Source of the DNA: Chitinophagales bacterium
GTDB taxonomy: Bacteria; Bacteroidota; Bacteroidia; Chitinophagales; Saprospiraceae
Assembly (NCBI GenBank): GCA_013297575.1
Contig: JAAFHO010000001.1
Span: forward strand, 1 to 44,586
DNA: 44,586 bases
Direction: 5' to 3'
The position numbers and the translations under genes were made by a program. Of the stretch, positions 1-10,447 are shown piece by piece (within the stretch, counting starts at the first letter, position 1; each line of letters starts with the position of its first letter). Below the pieces are notes generated by a model that saw nothing but the letters and a program-made list of their open reading frames with translations, was not told where the DNA came from and did not search any database.

Positions 1-484
1 ACATTGCACTTCTGCATCCTATGCTCAAAGTGTCTTTAGAGATTGATTTTACAAGTAATCCAGTTTCGCCAAGTGTCCCCAAATATTTCTTTTCGTTGTC
101 TTGTCCTTGGATGCTAAAGATTATTAACCCGATAAAAAAACTTCCAGTTTCGTCAGATATGTTAAAGCCCCCACAACATTCGCTGTAATAAAACTTGAAA
201 TTTCCTGCTTTGTTGATGTTGCAGACTATTGTATCTACTTTGGAATTATTTTTTTGTTTATATAAAATAGTGTCAAGCCTATTATCAGTAGCAATTGCAA
301 TGGGTTTTGAGCCATAATGAAGCGTCTGCCCGTTAATTTCCCATTCGGCTTCCATTATTTTGTCATAAATATCTTTTCTGCTGTCCTTATCTGTATAAAA
401 AAGAGTTGTGTCAGCCGAAAAGGTAGCTGTTTGCCCGAATAGAACGGATGGTAGCATTGTAAATATGAAGAAAATATTTTTCAA
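1..484 (-). CDS. hypothetical secreted protein, partial (C-terminus beyond window edge)
   Basis: Manual minus-strand translation is open from the window edge up to ATG at 457 or in-frame TTG at 484. The N-terminus (L/M)KNIFFIFTMLPSVLFGQ looks like a signal peptide. The ORF is not in the supplied track because it runs off the window. Confidence 0.4.
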   Translation of the reverse strand, partial: MKNIFFIFTMLPSVLFGQTATFSADTTLFYTDKDSRKDIYDKIMEAEWEINGQTLHYGSKPIAIATDNRLDTILYKQKNNSKVDTIVCNINKAGNFKFYYSECCGGFNISDETGSFFIGLIIFSIQGQDNEKKYLGTLGETGLLVKSISKDTLSIGCRSAM

Positions 485-594
485 TTGCTGGTGTGTTTTA
501 AAACACCCACCAATGATTCTCTTATTGGCTATGGTGTTTGGTGGTAGTTTTTCTTCGTTCGTTTAATTTTTGTCTGTCAGGCACAATGATCCTT

Positions 595-1053
595 TTAATA
601 CAAACTAAATTGTCGAAAATGGTGGGTAAAATGTCTGCTATGAAATCTTACCCATTCTTGATAACTCAATTCGCCCATTGTCGGATTTACAGGTTTGTCC
701 AATGGATGATGAATAAAATAAGTATCAAAGTCGCTCAATTCCGTTTTCAAATGATCAATAGCATTTGTTAAATTGGAAAGTTGAAGGATTGGAAGTCCTT
801 CTGTCGGCAAAACAGGAGATTTAAAACCTGGTGGCATATCAATATCTGTTCCAATAACAAATGCCTTGATTTTTTGCTCTTTTTCTATTGAATAATGGTG
901 TTGTTGAGGTTCCCTCCCATTTGAAAAACGAACTACAAAAGCCAAATGCTCCACCATGTGTTGTGGGGTCATTTGTCCAAATTTGGGTTTATCGTCCGCT
1001 TGTAGTTTGCTTAAAATCTCAAACAATTTTGTTCTGTCTAAAATATCAATCAT
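595..1053 (-). CDS. DinB-like / DUF1569-type four-helix-bundle protein
   Basis: 152-aa ORF. His-rich motifs are spaced as in the DinB/DUF1569 family (PQHMVEHL..., C-terminal HSRHFTHHFRQF). Confidence 0.6.
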   Translation of the reverse strand: MIDILDRTKLFEILSKLQADDKPKFGQMTPQHMVEHLAFVVRFSNGREPQQHHYSIEKEQKIKAFVIGTDIDMPPGFKSPVLPTEGLPILQLSNLTNAIDHLKTELSDFDTYFIHHPLDKPVNPTMGELSYQEWVRFHSRHFTHHFRQFSLY

Positions 1054-1227
1054 TGCTCTTTTGTCTTTTTAATAGGTTGTTGCCGTGTAAGCGCACTTTT
1101 TATAGTACAAGGTACAAAAGTAAAGTATTGGATGCTCTTTTGTGATATGGAGGCGTTTGTTTTTTATCCATTGTTCCTCCTCTGTTTATTTTATTCAGAA
1201 ATAATTGGAGGTTTATTAAAACCATTT

Positions 1228-1235
1228 TACCTTTG
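1228..1235 (+). promoter_or_regulatory. Bacteroidota-type -7 promoter box (TAccTTTG)
   Basis: Exact match to the TAnnTTTG consensus, 31 nt upstream of the his leader-peptide ATG. Confidence 0.45.
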
Positions 1236-1266
1236 CGCCGTTAAGTATCCAGACTTAATTACAATT

Positions 1267-1338
1267 ATGACATTTAATAACATACACTGTTTCCATCATC
1301 ATTCCCCCGCCCTCCCGGCAGGCTTTGGTGTTGTATAG
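1267..1338 (+). CDS. putative his operon leader peptide (MTFNNIHCFHHHSPALPAGFGVV)
   Basis: 23-codon ORF with 4 His codons including an HHH run. Its stop lies about 25 nt before an intrinsic terminator that directly precedes hisG. Confidence 0.55.
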   Translation: MTFNNIHCFHHHSPALPAGFGVV

Positions 1339-1363
1339 GTGTATTCAACGATACATTTAACCA

Positions 1364-1403
1364 AAAGCGGTTTGTCGGATTTATTCGGCAAACCGCTTTT
1401 TTT
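1364..1403 (+). terminator. intrinsic terminator / attenuator upstream of hisG
   Basis: The aaagcggtttg ... caaaccgcttt stem (11 bp) is followed by a run of 7 T. It sits between the leader ORF and the hisG ATG at 1426. Confidence 0.65.
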
Positions 1404-1425
1404 ATGTTTAAAATTAAAAATATCC

Positions 1426-2277
1426 ATGTTAAGAATTGCTATTCAAAAATCAGGCCGGCTACACGATGATAGCATTGGGCTACTCAAAGATGCCGGTATC
1501 GGCTTTAGTAATGGCTATGGCCGATTGCGCACCGAATCGTATAATTTTCCGCTAGAAATCTTTTTTCTTCGCGACGATGATATTCCTGAATATGTAGCAG
1601 ATGGTGTAGCCGATATAGGAATTGTTGGCGAAAATATCGTTTTGGAAAAGGGAAAACGAGTAGAAACAGTGTCCCGATTAGGATTTGGTAAATGTCGCCT
1701 GAGCATAGCCGTTCCCAAAAACATAGATTATTTGCCAGGTAAAACACTGGAGGGCAGCAGAATTGCAACAAGTTATCCAAATATTTTATCAAAATACCTA
1801 AAAGAAAAAGGCATACAAGCAACCCTCCATGATATTAGTGGTTCGGTAGAAATTGCGCCGTCTATTGGTTTGGCCGATGCGATATGTGATTTGGTGAGTA
1901 GCGGCAGTACTTTGATGATGAATGGTCTAAAAGAAGTAGAAACCATACTTAAATCGGAGGCAATACTTATTGCTGCGCCACAATTGAATGCAGCAAAGCA
2001 GGGTATCCTGGAGCAACTCAATTTCCGATTCGATGCCTTGTTACGCGCCAAATCGCATAAGTATATCCTGATGAATGCCCCTAATCAAAATATTCCTCAA
2101 ATTATCGAATTGCTACCCGGCATGCGCAGCCCTACGGTGCTACCATTGGCTGAAAGTGGTTGGAGTAGTATTCATACTGTGGTGAGTGAAAGTGAGTTCT
2201 GGTCCATTATTGAACAACTCAAAGCGGCAGGTGCAGAAGGTATTTTAGTTACATCTATTGAAAAAATGATCCTTTAA
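1426..2277 (+). CDS. hisG: ATP phosphoribosyltransferase (long form)
   Basis: The translation from MLRIAIQKSGRLHDDS... has HisG hallmarks (DLVSSGSTL, C-terminal regulatory domain). The upstream extension of the track ORF overlaps the terminator, so the internal ATG at 1426 is preferred. Confidence 0.9.
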   Translation: MLRIAIQKSGRLHDDSIGLLKDAGIGFSNGYGRLRTESYNFPLEIFFLRDDDIPEYVADGVADIGIVGENIVLEKGKRVETVSRLGFGKCRLSIAVPKNIDYLPGKTLEGSRIATSYPNILSKYLKEKGIQATLHDISGSVEIAPSIGLADAICDLVSSGSTLMMNGLKEVETILKSEAILIAAPQLNAAKQGILEQLNFRFDALLRAKSHKYILMNAPNQNIPQIIELLPGMRSPTVLPLAESGWSSIHTVVSESEFWSIIEQLKAAGAEGILVTSIEKMIL

Positions 2278-2278
2278 T

Positions 2279-3592
2279 ATGCAGATTATCACATTTCAAA
2301 ATTTGGAGCAAATTACGCCATTCTTAGAACGGCCTTCAGGTGATTTTGCTGATTTCCGTACGCAGGTAACGCCTATACTTTCGGCTGTTCGGCAAGAAGG
2401 CGATATTGCTGTAAAGCGTTTTACAACACAGTTTGAAGGATATACTCCAGAAACGCTTCAAATTACCAACAAGCAACAAGAAGCCGCTGTCCACCAATTG
2501 ACACCTGCCCTCAAAAATGCCATTGAACGAGCCTACCATAATATTAAACAATTCCATGCGCTCCAAAAAGAATCCCCATTCGAAGTAGAAACCATGCCCG
2601 GTGTGGTGTGCGGACGTAAAAGCCTGCCGATAGAACGGGTAGGTCTTTATATTCCAGGTGGTTCCGCTCCCCTATTTTCTACTGTCCTGATGTTGGGTGT
2701 GCCCGCACAATTGGCCGGTTGCGCACAAGTAGTGTTGTGTACACCTTGTAATAAGGAAGGTGAAGTACATCCAGCGGTACTTTTTGCAGCACAACTCTGT
2801 GGCATCCATCAGATTTTTGGTATTGGGGGCGCACAGGCCATTGCGGCTATGGCTTATGGTACAGAAAGTGTGCCTAAGGTTTGGAAAATTTTTGGGCCTG
2901 GAAACCCATGGGTAACTGCGGCGAAACAGTTGGTTTTTTTGGACGGAGTAGCCATTGATATGCCGGCAGGCCCCTCCGAAGTAGCCGTTATTGCAGATGC
3001 AAGCGCAAATCCTGCTTTTGTTGCAGCAGATTTATTGAGTCAAGCCGAACATGGGACTGATAGCCAAGTCGTTTTAATTTGTACAGATAAAGGTCTTATT
3101 AAAGCCGTATTGGATGCGGTAGAAGAGCAAGTTCAGCAATTGCCCAGACAGGAAATTTCAAGAGGAGCATTGGCCAACAGCAAGGCGATTTGGGTCAAAA
3201 ACGCGCAAGAAGCCATGCTTGTTTCCAATCTTTATGCACCAGAGCATTTGATTTTGCTAGTAGAACAACCAGAAGAATATGCAGTACTAGTCACCAATGC
3301 AGGTTCAGTCTTTCTTGGGCATTTTACGCCTGAAAGTGCGGGCGACTATGCGTCTGGCACCAATCATACTCTACCTACTAATGGGTTTGCACGTGCTTAT
3401 GCGGGCGTTTCTTTGGATAGTTTTATGAAAAAAATTACGTTCCAAAAGATTACCGAAGCAGGACTCATTAATATAGGTCCAACCATTATGGAAATGGCAC
3501 TAGCAGAAGGGTTAACGGCCCACTCTAGGGCAGTTTCTATCCGGATGGACGCTCTAAAAATGTCACATACTGTCAAATTTAGGATTGATTAA
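2279..3592 (+). CDS. hisD: histidinol dehydrogenase
   Basis: 437 aa with HisD motifs (GGAQAIAAMAYGT, SQAEHG, PEHL, DYASGTNHTLPT). It starts 2 nt after the hisG stop. Confidence 0.92.
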   Translation: MQIITFQNLEQITPFLERPSGDFADFRTQVTPILSAVRQEGDIAVKRFTTQFEGYTPETLQITNKQQEAAVHQLTPALKNAIERAYHNIKQFHALQKESPFEVETMPGVVCGRKSLPIERVGLYIPGGSAPLFSTVLMLGVPAQLAGCAQVVLCTPCNKEGEVHPAVLFAAQLCGIHQIFGIGGAQAIAAMAYGTESVPKVWKIFGPGNPWVTAAKQLVFLDGVAIDMPAGPSEVAVIADASANPAFVAADLLSQAEHGTDSQVVLICTDKGLIKAVLDAVEEQVQQLPRQEISRGALANSKAIWVKNAQEAMLVSNLYAPEHLILLVEQPEEYAVLVTNAGSVFLGHFTPESAGDYASGTNHTLPTNGFARAYAGVSLDSFMKKITFQKITEAGLINIGPTIMEMALAEGLTAHSRAVSIRMDALKMSHTVKFRID

Positions 3593-3942
3593 AAAATAAT
3601 ATAATTTTGATTTAAAGAAAAAAAAACCAATGAAACAGTATAAAAAACGTTTATTAATCAATATTAAAAATAATGTTCTTTTTTTGACCTAAAAAACAAA
3701 TCATTCTAACCGAACAAAAATCTCCTTTAAATGGTGATATTTTAATAACATCTTTTTAACACTTATCTTTGCATCGTATAAAAATCGTGTAATTAAGTAT
3801 AAGAATTTTCCAAATTGAATGTATAATTAATTTGCCGTTATCGTGACTTTTTTTACCTATTTGTTTGCAGCCGCAAATTCCTGATTGTATCGTTTTTTTG
3901 GAGAAGGTTTTATACAGTGTAACAATTAAATTTTTTCGTGTT

Positions 3943-4899
3943 ATGAGAAACGTACTACCATCCGTTCTTACTATTATTTGTGTGCATGCAACTGTTTTAT
4001 TAAGTGCTGCGCACCCATTTTTTTCGTATGAATTATTTCATACACCTGCTGATTCTTTTGCTCCTGGAGTTGATCTCCAAAGCAAAGCAGCCATCATGGC
4101 AAAATTTGCCAGTACCCTCAATATGGAAGTATCCCAAAAAGAAACGCCGGTGATTGAGGCGGAGTCTTTTTTCGATGAATCCCCCATTAGCGACAATATG
4201 GCGTGTGTGGAAGGAGGCACATTTGTTATGGGTTGTTTTGAAGGACAAGGGGATTGCTGGGAGACGGAAAAACCTGCCCATGTCGTCATTGTAAAAAACT
4301 TCTACATTAGTAAATATGAAGTAACCCAAAAACAATGGAGACAAATAATGGGTACTAGCCCATCTTTTTTCAAAAACTGCGATGAGTGCCCAGTAGAGCA
4401 GGTTACATGGAATGAAATTCAGGAATTTATTAAAAAACTAAATGCCAAAACTGGTAAAAACTATCGCCTCCCTACCGAGGCAGAATGGGAATTTGCAGCC
4501 AGAGAAGGTGGTAAAAATATCACTTATGCTAATGGAAAAAACACTGCAAATGATAGTGAAATGAATTTCAATGTTGGCGCGGCCCTGAAAAATCAAACTA
4601 CCCCATCCCCTGCTGCTGTCCATGAGTTCCGTCAAAGAACTGCTCCCGTTGGTAAATCTACACCTAACAAGCTAGGTATTTACGACATGAGTGGAAATGT
4701 ATGGGAATGGTGCAGCGACAACTATACTATATATACTACGACAGAAAGTGAACAGTCCAAAGACGCAGAGTCCAATACATCAAAAGTAATGAGGGGCGGT
4801 TCTTGGAAAAATGCAGCACCATTTTGCCGTACCACTAGCCGAAATAAAGAACAACCCAACAAGGGAAATATGCTTGTAGGGTTTAGGCTAGCAAGGTAA
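3943..4899 (+). CDS. formylglycine-generating enzyme (SUMF1/FGE) family protein, secreted
   Basis: FGE-sulfatase domain motifs are present (YISKYEVTQKQW, RLPTEAEWEFAARGG, YDMSGNVWEWC, RGGSW). A signal-like N-terminus starts at MRNVLPSVLTII. Confidence 0.8.
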   Translation: MRNVLPSVLTIICVHATVLLSAAHPFFSYELFHTPADSFAPGVDLQSKAAIMAKFASTLNMEVSQKETPVIEAESFFDESPISDNMACVEGGTFVMGCFEGQGDCWETEKPAHVVIVKNFYISKYEVTQKQWRQIMGTSPSFFKNCDECPVEQVTWNEIQEFIKKLNAKTGKNYRLPTEAEWEFAAREGGKNITYANGKNTANDSEMNFNVGAALKNQTTPSPAAVHEFRQRTAPVGKSTPNKLGIYDMSGNVWEWCSDNYTIYTTTESEQSKDAESNTSKVMRGGSWKNAAPFCRTTSRNKEQPNKGNMLVGFRLAR

Positions 4900-4921
4900 A
4901 CTAAACTATTTTAAAGGTTTT

Positions 4922-4966
4922 TAAGGGCTTTTTCTAGTATAACACTAAAAAAAGCCCTTATTTTTT
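4922..4966. terminator. hairpin terminator between convergent genes
   Basis: A 12-bp perfect stem (taagggcttttt / aaaaagccctta) is followed by TTTTTT on the + strand. It abuts the stop codon of the MFS gene. Confidence 0.6.
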
Positions 4967-6161
4967 AGCCATTTTGCTCTACTTTCACCCTGCTGGCTAA
5001 AAATATAGATACCCCAATTAATGCAATGGAGAAATAACCTACCATTGGATAATTCTCCAAGCGGCCATTATCGCCCTCGTGTACCATAGATCCGGCAATA
5101 GTTACTGCAAGCCCGGATGCTAATTGCTGCAACGAAGAATTAATACTCATAAATCCGCCACGTTGCTGCGGCGAAACTACACCTGATACTAAGGCTTGAG
5201 TAGGAATCATCCTGCCATTGACTGCAATAAAAAAGAATCCAGAAATGGCTAAAACAACCCAAATAGGCATTGCCCAAAGGTTGGTAATCAACCATACCGG
5301 TATCATCGAAATCAAAGCGAAAATACTAAAAACAGGAAATTTGCCGTATTTGTCGGCTAGTTTGCCTACTAATGGTGCAGAAAATATCGTTAGTGCGCCA
5401 CCTACAAGGTAAATCAAAAATATTTGATCTTGTCGAAAACCAACATTACCCACCAAAGAAGGAGCAATAAACGGAATGATACTAAAATGCCCCATCATTA
5501 ATACCGCAGAAAGTGACAATGCACGCATTTGGTTCGGCGACTTCATAATATCCGTAAGTACATATAGTGGATTTCCTTTAGGTTGATCCGAAGCAATATG
5601 CTTCGTCATTGAAGGAATAAACATATAAATGCCAATAGCAACCGCTACCCCAATCAACGCGATGGCCAAAAACGGAATATGCCAACTATATTTCGCTGCC
5701 AACCATAAACCGCTGGGTACCCCTGCCACTGATGCCAACGAGAAAGCAGTCATCAGTACTCCCATGGCGCTTGCCCTACGTTCGTAAGGAAAGGAATCAC
5801 TCACTATGGATAATACTTGCGCTCCAATCATACCGCCAAATAAGCCAGCCAAAACACGCGCTGCCACCAACGCATAATACCCTGGTGCAAAAGCGCAGGC
5901 AAAAGTCCCTAATAAAAAGCCAATATAAGCAGAAAATAGTAGTTTTTTGCGATCAAAACGATCCACAAAAAAAGCAGCAACAAAACCGCTTATTCCCGCG
6001 GTAATACTATAAGCGGATACAGCAAAACCAAACTGTTGTGGGTTAATTTTAAATAATCCCATCAATTGCGGCCCTAATGGCATCATGATCATAAAGTCCA
6101 TGATATGCGTAAAATTAACCGCAGCGAGTATAAATAGTAATAGGCGTTCTTTTGAGGTCAC
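4965..6161 (-). CDS. MFS transporter
   Basis: 398 aa with about 12 hydrophobic segments and an MFS loop motif (DRFDRKKLL). Confidence 0.8.
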   Translation of the reverse strand: MTSKERLLLFILAAVNFTHIMDFMIMMPLGPQLMGLFKINPQQFGFAVSAYSITAGISGFVAAFFVDRFDRKKLLFSAYIGFLLGTFACAFAPGYYALVAARVLAGLFGGMIGAQVLSIVSDSFPYERRASAMGVLMTAFSLASVAGVPSGLWLAAKYSWHIPFLAIALIGVAVAIGIYMFIPSMTKHIASDQPKGNPLYVLTDIMKSPNQMRALSLSAVLMMGHFSIIPFIAPSLVGNVGFRQDQIFLIYLVGGALTIFSAPLVGKLADKYGKFPVFSIFALISMIPVWLITNLWAMPIWVVLAISGFFFIAVNGRMIPTQALVSGVVSPQQRGGFMSINSSLQQLASGLAVTIAGSMVHEGDNGRLENYPMVGYFSIALIGVSIFLASRVKVEQNG

Positions 6162-6251
6162 AAAAAAGAATTTTAGAATGAATTAGATGTATAAAACTAT
6201 TGCATCAAAACACCTTTTTAAGACAATTGTTTTATACATCTAACTCAATGC

Positions 6252-9200
6252 TTATCTAATCAAAGTGACATCGCCTTTATACATTTCGATGGTTCCATCA
6301 ATCAATTCAACTTCTAACAACCAAATATACACCCCAGAATTGGCTGTTTTACTCCGCAAACGGCCATCCCATTGTAAATCAACATCGTCAGGCATTCTAT
6401 TTTCCTTACTATGCATCAAATCCCCCCAACGATCAAATACCTGAAACCGTTTGACACGTTGTACAGAAGCACCAAATCCAGGTGAGAATCTACTATTTTG
6501 GTCATCCGAAGGATTCATTGCAAATACATTTGGGACAAAAACCTGTTTAATCCGTTCAATCATTATGGTCATTTGATCGGATGCAGTACAGCCATGTACA
6601 TCTGTCACTGTTAGCGTATAACGAATGGAATAATGCGGTTGAGTATAAGTGGTTAACGCATTGGAATCCCTCAAAAAATCGGTATTATCCCAAGCATATC
6701 GGACAATATTAGTTGCCGTAGTGAAGATATTGAGTTGCAAAGAGTCCCCAAAGTATAGTGCTGTATCTCGTGGCAAATCCAACAATAGCTGACCGGGTTG
6801 CGACACCCGTAAGTCCGTTGTATCACTACACCCGTAAGTATCAATGGTATAAACAATATAGTTTTTGGCGATCAAACCCAGATATTGGTTTGTTGCTACA
6901 AATGGTGCACCATCAAGGCTATACATCAAACTATTATCGGGCGATTTGATATTGATTTGGCCATTATTTTCACCAAAACACCGTACTGAATCTGCTGTAA
7001 TTTCGGCAATGATCGGCGGATAACCAAATACATTGATATTCCCTGTTTCGGTACAATTGTTTGCATCTGTAATAGTCAATTGATAATTTCCTGGCGGTAA
7101 TTCATCTATATCGGCATCGTTGGGCAAAATAGGCGACCATTTATATAGATACGGAGGCTTACCGCCGTCAACTGTAGCCCTTATACTGCCTGTTGGCTCA
7201 TTGAGGCAAGATGAATCCGAGGTAATTCCAAAAGTAATCAGGGGCTGAACAATCAATTCAACGGTATGCGTTGAATCGCACCCATTTTTTGCTATAAATA
7301 CTTTGGAGTACTTACCTGCCTTATTCTGACTTTGACCAAAAATAATAAAAGAACCTTCGGGGCAAATCGTTTCACTTTGCGCAGTTGCAAAAGTATCCTT
7401 GGCGATAACATTGATATAAATCGTTGAATCACAGCCTTGTATAGTAGATAATGGGAACAACTTTGATGTACCGGGGATGATTACCGTATTGAGTTTGGTG
7501 ACTACATCGCCTTTACACACCAGCGTATCTATTTTTACATAAAACGTATCATTTACGGTCAAAAATAAAGTATCCGTGCTTTTGCAACCGTTGATAAATC
7601 CCGCTTCCAAAATAATATTGCCCGAGTTTTGGCGATAAGCAGTAACAGACGAGCAATTGGTACAATCATATACTGGCCCAGGTTTCCATGCATAATAATC
7701 AAAACCACTTTCGGCGATAGTTACTGTTTCACCCTTGCAAATGGACAAATCAGGACCAAGCACCACCACGGTGCTACTATCTATACCAACAACCAGCGTA
7801 TCCGTTTGCTCCACTCCGCAAATATCTGTGGATTTTACCCAAAAAACACCAGCATCTGGCACCGTGAAATTTGGGCTGGTTGTGCCATTCTGCCAAACAA
7901 AACTGACTAAATCATTCCCTGATGCGTTGAGTGCGATCGTAGCATTATCACAAATCAAGGTATCATTGCCTAAAAACACCGTTTCTGGTTTATAGGCATA
8001 GAAAAACTTAGTAAAATTATTGGTAAAGCCGCATTCACCAAGGCTCGTTATTGGGAATTGGCTCAGATTATAAGGAGCAGGTTCGGAGTGATCGTCATTC
8101 AACGCAATATAAATCGTATCGTTAATTACTAAATCACGCGGTACTTTTATGGTAATGGAATTACACGCCCCCAAAGCAACGGGAAGGCCAATGGGAGCAG
8201 CCCCAACCCAAACTGCCGCTTGCACCAGCGGATTACCCCGATAAACAGAAACTGGCATTTGAGCAGGGAGTATATTATCACCAGTATTACAAACTTCTAA
8301 TGTTATTTGAATAGAATCTTTGATGCAAGTGGCCTTTACAAATGAAATACCACCATCGGGGGAAGGAAAACTGGGGTTAAAAAACTGATTGAGGAAATTA
8401 TTCATTTTCAAACTATCTCCTACAATATGATGGTTTTGTTGGTACTGAGGCACACTCAAATCATCATTGATATTGGTACTAAAATATCCATGTTGGTTCC
8501 AAACCGGACGGGAAGAAATACCCGGCGCGCCCACTGCTTCGTAACAAACCACATGACCAGAAGCACCGCCAGCACCGCATTCAATGACAATTTCAGTTTG
8601 TCCATCCGCATCAACATCCAAAATCAAAGGATTTTCAATATGTGTTGCAGAGGTGCAATTATCTTCCCATTTTATTTGCCCTGTTGCACCTTCCAATATT
8701 TGTAATTTTGCTTGACCACGATACACCACATCGGCAGTGCCATCACCACAAAAATCAAAAATGCTAGAACAAGTAATGGATGACGCGTCAAATGTTTGGC
8801 TTTTCCACATTTGGGTGAAATTATTCTTCAAGGCATACAGCCAAGGATAACACACAAAACTCACCTCCAACTGGCCGTCGCCGTTCAAATCGGCTACATT
8901 GATACGACTTGCTCCCTCTATATAATTGTTCAATAACCTGAATTCGCGCAGAATAGTTGGGGTTTGAATATCCCAGCAATAAGCATAATTCCAATTGTTT
9001 TTTTGGCCTTGTACAATGGCATCTAAATCACCATCCCTGTCAATATCGGCAACACTTGTAAAGCCGTCAGAATATGCAGCAGGCGCAGAAACCACCACTG
9101 TAACCACTCCAGTTACAAGATTAACGGATAAAACCTGGTTACCAGCCACAATTTCAAGCCCTTGGCAATCGGGGCAAAAACTATCCGGTAATACGTCAAT

Positions 9201-9938
9201 TGCGACTGGCATATTAAACGAGAAACCATTATTTTTCCTAAATGGATGCTCGCCAGCCGACATTGTATTGTCACCAGAAGCCAATAATACCCCCGTTTGT
9301 CCACTAAATACTTGATTTCCTACATTGATTTCCGGCCATCCATCGTGGTCAAAATCGGCAATATTGGGTACCGAAAAACGGTATCGTTGGTTATAACCTA
9401 CCTGTATAGCCGAAGCAAATTTTAAAGCACCCAAGTGGGAATAACAGCGTAAAATTCGGTCATTACCGATAATAACAATTTCACCAAAGCCATCCTTATC
9501 CAAATCGGCAATCGCGGGTGCTGTACCACCGGGCAAATCAGTTGGCGATACAATGGTCAATTTAGTAGCACCTGTTTTCCCATCAATAATAAAGATGTTT
9601 TTATTTTCGCAGTGATAGGTTACAATTTCAGGGATTCCATCTTTGTCCATATCTCCCGCAACAAGTGGAGAATAAGTATCCGTTTCGGCGGGACTTGTCC
9701 ATTGTACGCCTAATGAAACCTGACCGCAAGGTGGAATGTAATAACAATCAGCATTACAGGTAGTATAGTAAAAATCATCACATTGCCCCGTACAAGTACA
9801 ATCGGTATCGTAACAATCGATGAGACCATCGCCGTCGTCGTCAATACCATTGGTACAATTTTCAACGACTTGTGCAAAAGAGAGCAATGGGATAAATACA
9901 GATAAAGTGAGGAGCAGTTTTTTAAAACAAATGGTCAT
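6252..9938 (-). CDS. giant cell-surface protein: Cys/Asp-rich Ca-binding N-terminus, FG-GAP/VCBS propeller repeats, SprB repeats, T9SS type-B (gliding motility-associated) C-terminal domain
   Basis: The signal peptide MTICFKKLLLTLSVFIPLLSFAQ fixes the start at 9938. There are seven DxDxDG-type repeats (DMDKDGIPEIV, DLDKDGFGEIV, DFDHDGWPEI ...). SprB-like repeats are present (CFGENNGQINI, CLNEPTGSIRA). The C-terminus VFVPNVF...DRWGDL...GVYIW...KGDVTLIR matches the CHU_C/type-B sorting domain. Confidence 0.85.
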   Translation of the reverse strand: MTICFKKLLLTLSVFIPLLSFAQVVENCTNGIDDDGDGLIDCYDTDCTCTGQCDDFYYTTCNADCYYIPPCGQVSLGVQWTSPAETDTYSPLVAGDMDKDGIPEIVTYHCENKNIFIIDGKTGATKLTIVSPTDLPGGTAPAIADLDKDGFGEIVIIGNDRILRCYSHLGALKFASAIQVGYNQRYRFSVPNIADFDHDGWPEINVGNQVFSGQTGVLLASGDNTMSAGEHPFRKNNGFSFNMPVAIDVLPDSFCPDCQGLEIVAGNQVLSVNLVTGVVTVVVSAPAAYSDGFTSVADIDRDGDLDAIVQGQKNNWNYAYCWDIQTPTILREFRLLNNYIEGASRINVADLNGDGQLEVSFVCYPWLYALKNNFTQMWKSQTFDASSITCSSIFDFCGDGTADVVYRGQAKLQILEGATGQIKWEDNCTSATHIENPLILDVDADGQTEIVIECGAGGASGHVVCYEAVGAPGISSRPVWNQHGYFSTNINDDLSVPQYQQNHHIVGDSLKMNNFLNQFFNPSFPSPDGGISFVKATCIKDSIQITLEVCNTGDNILPAQMPVSVYRGNPLVQAAVWVGAAPIGLPVALGACNSITIKVPRDLVINDTIYIALNDDHSEPAPYNLSQFPITSLGECGFTNNFTKFFYAYKPETVFLGNDTLICDNATIALNASGNDLVSFVWQNGTTSPNFTVPDAGVFWVKSTDICGVEQTDTLVVGIDSSTVVVLGPDLSICKGETVTIAESGFDYYAWKPGPVYDCTNCSSVTAYRQNSGNIILEAGFINGCKSTDTLFLTVNDTFYVKIDTLVCKGDVVTKLNTVIIPGTSKLFPLSTIQGCDSTIYINVIAKDTFATAQSETICPEGSFIIFGQSQNKAGKYSKVFIAKNGCDSTHTVELIVQPLITFGITSDSSCLNEPTGSIRATVDGGKPPYLYKWSPILPNDADIDELPPGNYQLTITDANNCTETGNINVFGYPPIIAEITADSVRCFGENNGQINIKSPDNSLMYSLDGAPFVATNQYLGLIAKNYIVYTIDTYGCSDTTDLRVSQPGQLLLDLPRDTALYFGDSLQLNIFTTATNIVRYAWDNTDFLRDSNALTTYTQPHYSIRYTLTVTDVHGCTASDQMTIMIERIKQVFVPNVFAMNPSDDQNSRFSPGFGASVQRVKRFQVFDRWGDLMHSKENRMPDDVDLQWDGRLRSKTANSGVYIWLLEVELIDGTIEMYKGDVTLIR

Positions 9939-10125
9939 TTGGAAAAAGAAGTGGTATGTTTTGAGCATAGAATGGAAATGGTTATGTTTTGTCCGGCACA
10001 CAAACGACAACGTGATTGATTTCGTGTTCGCTTATGTCCAATTAACAAACAGTTTAGTGTTCTGCTCATGAAAACTTATACAGTAGTGGGAAGTGGATTA
10101 AAAAAAATATAGGAATGTTAATGAA

Positions 10126-10362
10126 TTAATCTTTAGGTTTTTCTTTTTTGGGTACAGGATCTTCGCCAAAACCGCCCCAAGGATGGCAACTTAAAATTCT
10201 TTTTGCTGCTAAATATGAGCCTTTGAAAAAGCCCCACTCATGCAACGCCTCCACCGCATAATGCGAACAAGTAGGCGTATAGCGGCATTTATTGGCTCCT
10301 AACAAGGGCGACAACGTAACTTGGTAAATCTTAATCGGAATAATGAAGAGATATTTCAGCAT
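10126..10362 (-). CDS. yidD: membrane protein insertion efficiency factor YidD
   Basis: 78 aa with the conserved YQ..LSP......CR..P.CS.Y..EA....G pattern and C-terminal CHPWGG. Confidence 0.9.
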   Translation of the reverse strand: MLKYLFIIPIKIYQVTLSPLLGANKCRYTPTCSHYAVEALHEWGFFKGSYLAAKRILSCHPWGGFGEDPVPKKEKPKD

Positions 10363-10447
10363 AATCGCAGCAAAATTAAGGGTTTTAAAGCATATTTTCT
10401 AAGTACTGTTGATCTTTATCGTAACATTGCGGCAAATTTTTTTAATT

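Noticed and set aside
1132-1338. 68-aa track ORF upstream of hisG
   Set aside because: Most of it is low-complexity and Phe/Leu-rich, and it spans the likely promoter box. Only the last 23 codons, from ATG 1267, make sense as a His-rich leader peptide.
3593-3942. Small ORF (MKQYKKRLLINIKNNVLFLT) and a TAtcTTTG box in the AT-rich spacer after hisD
   Set aside because: The ORF is 20 codons of A/T-rich sequence with no supporting signal. The promoter-like box is 172 nt from the FGE-family start, too far to assign confidently.
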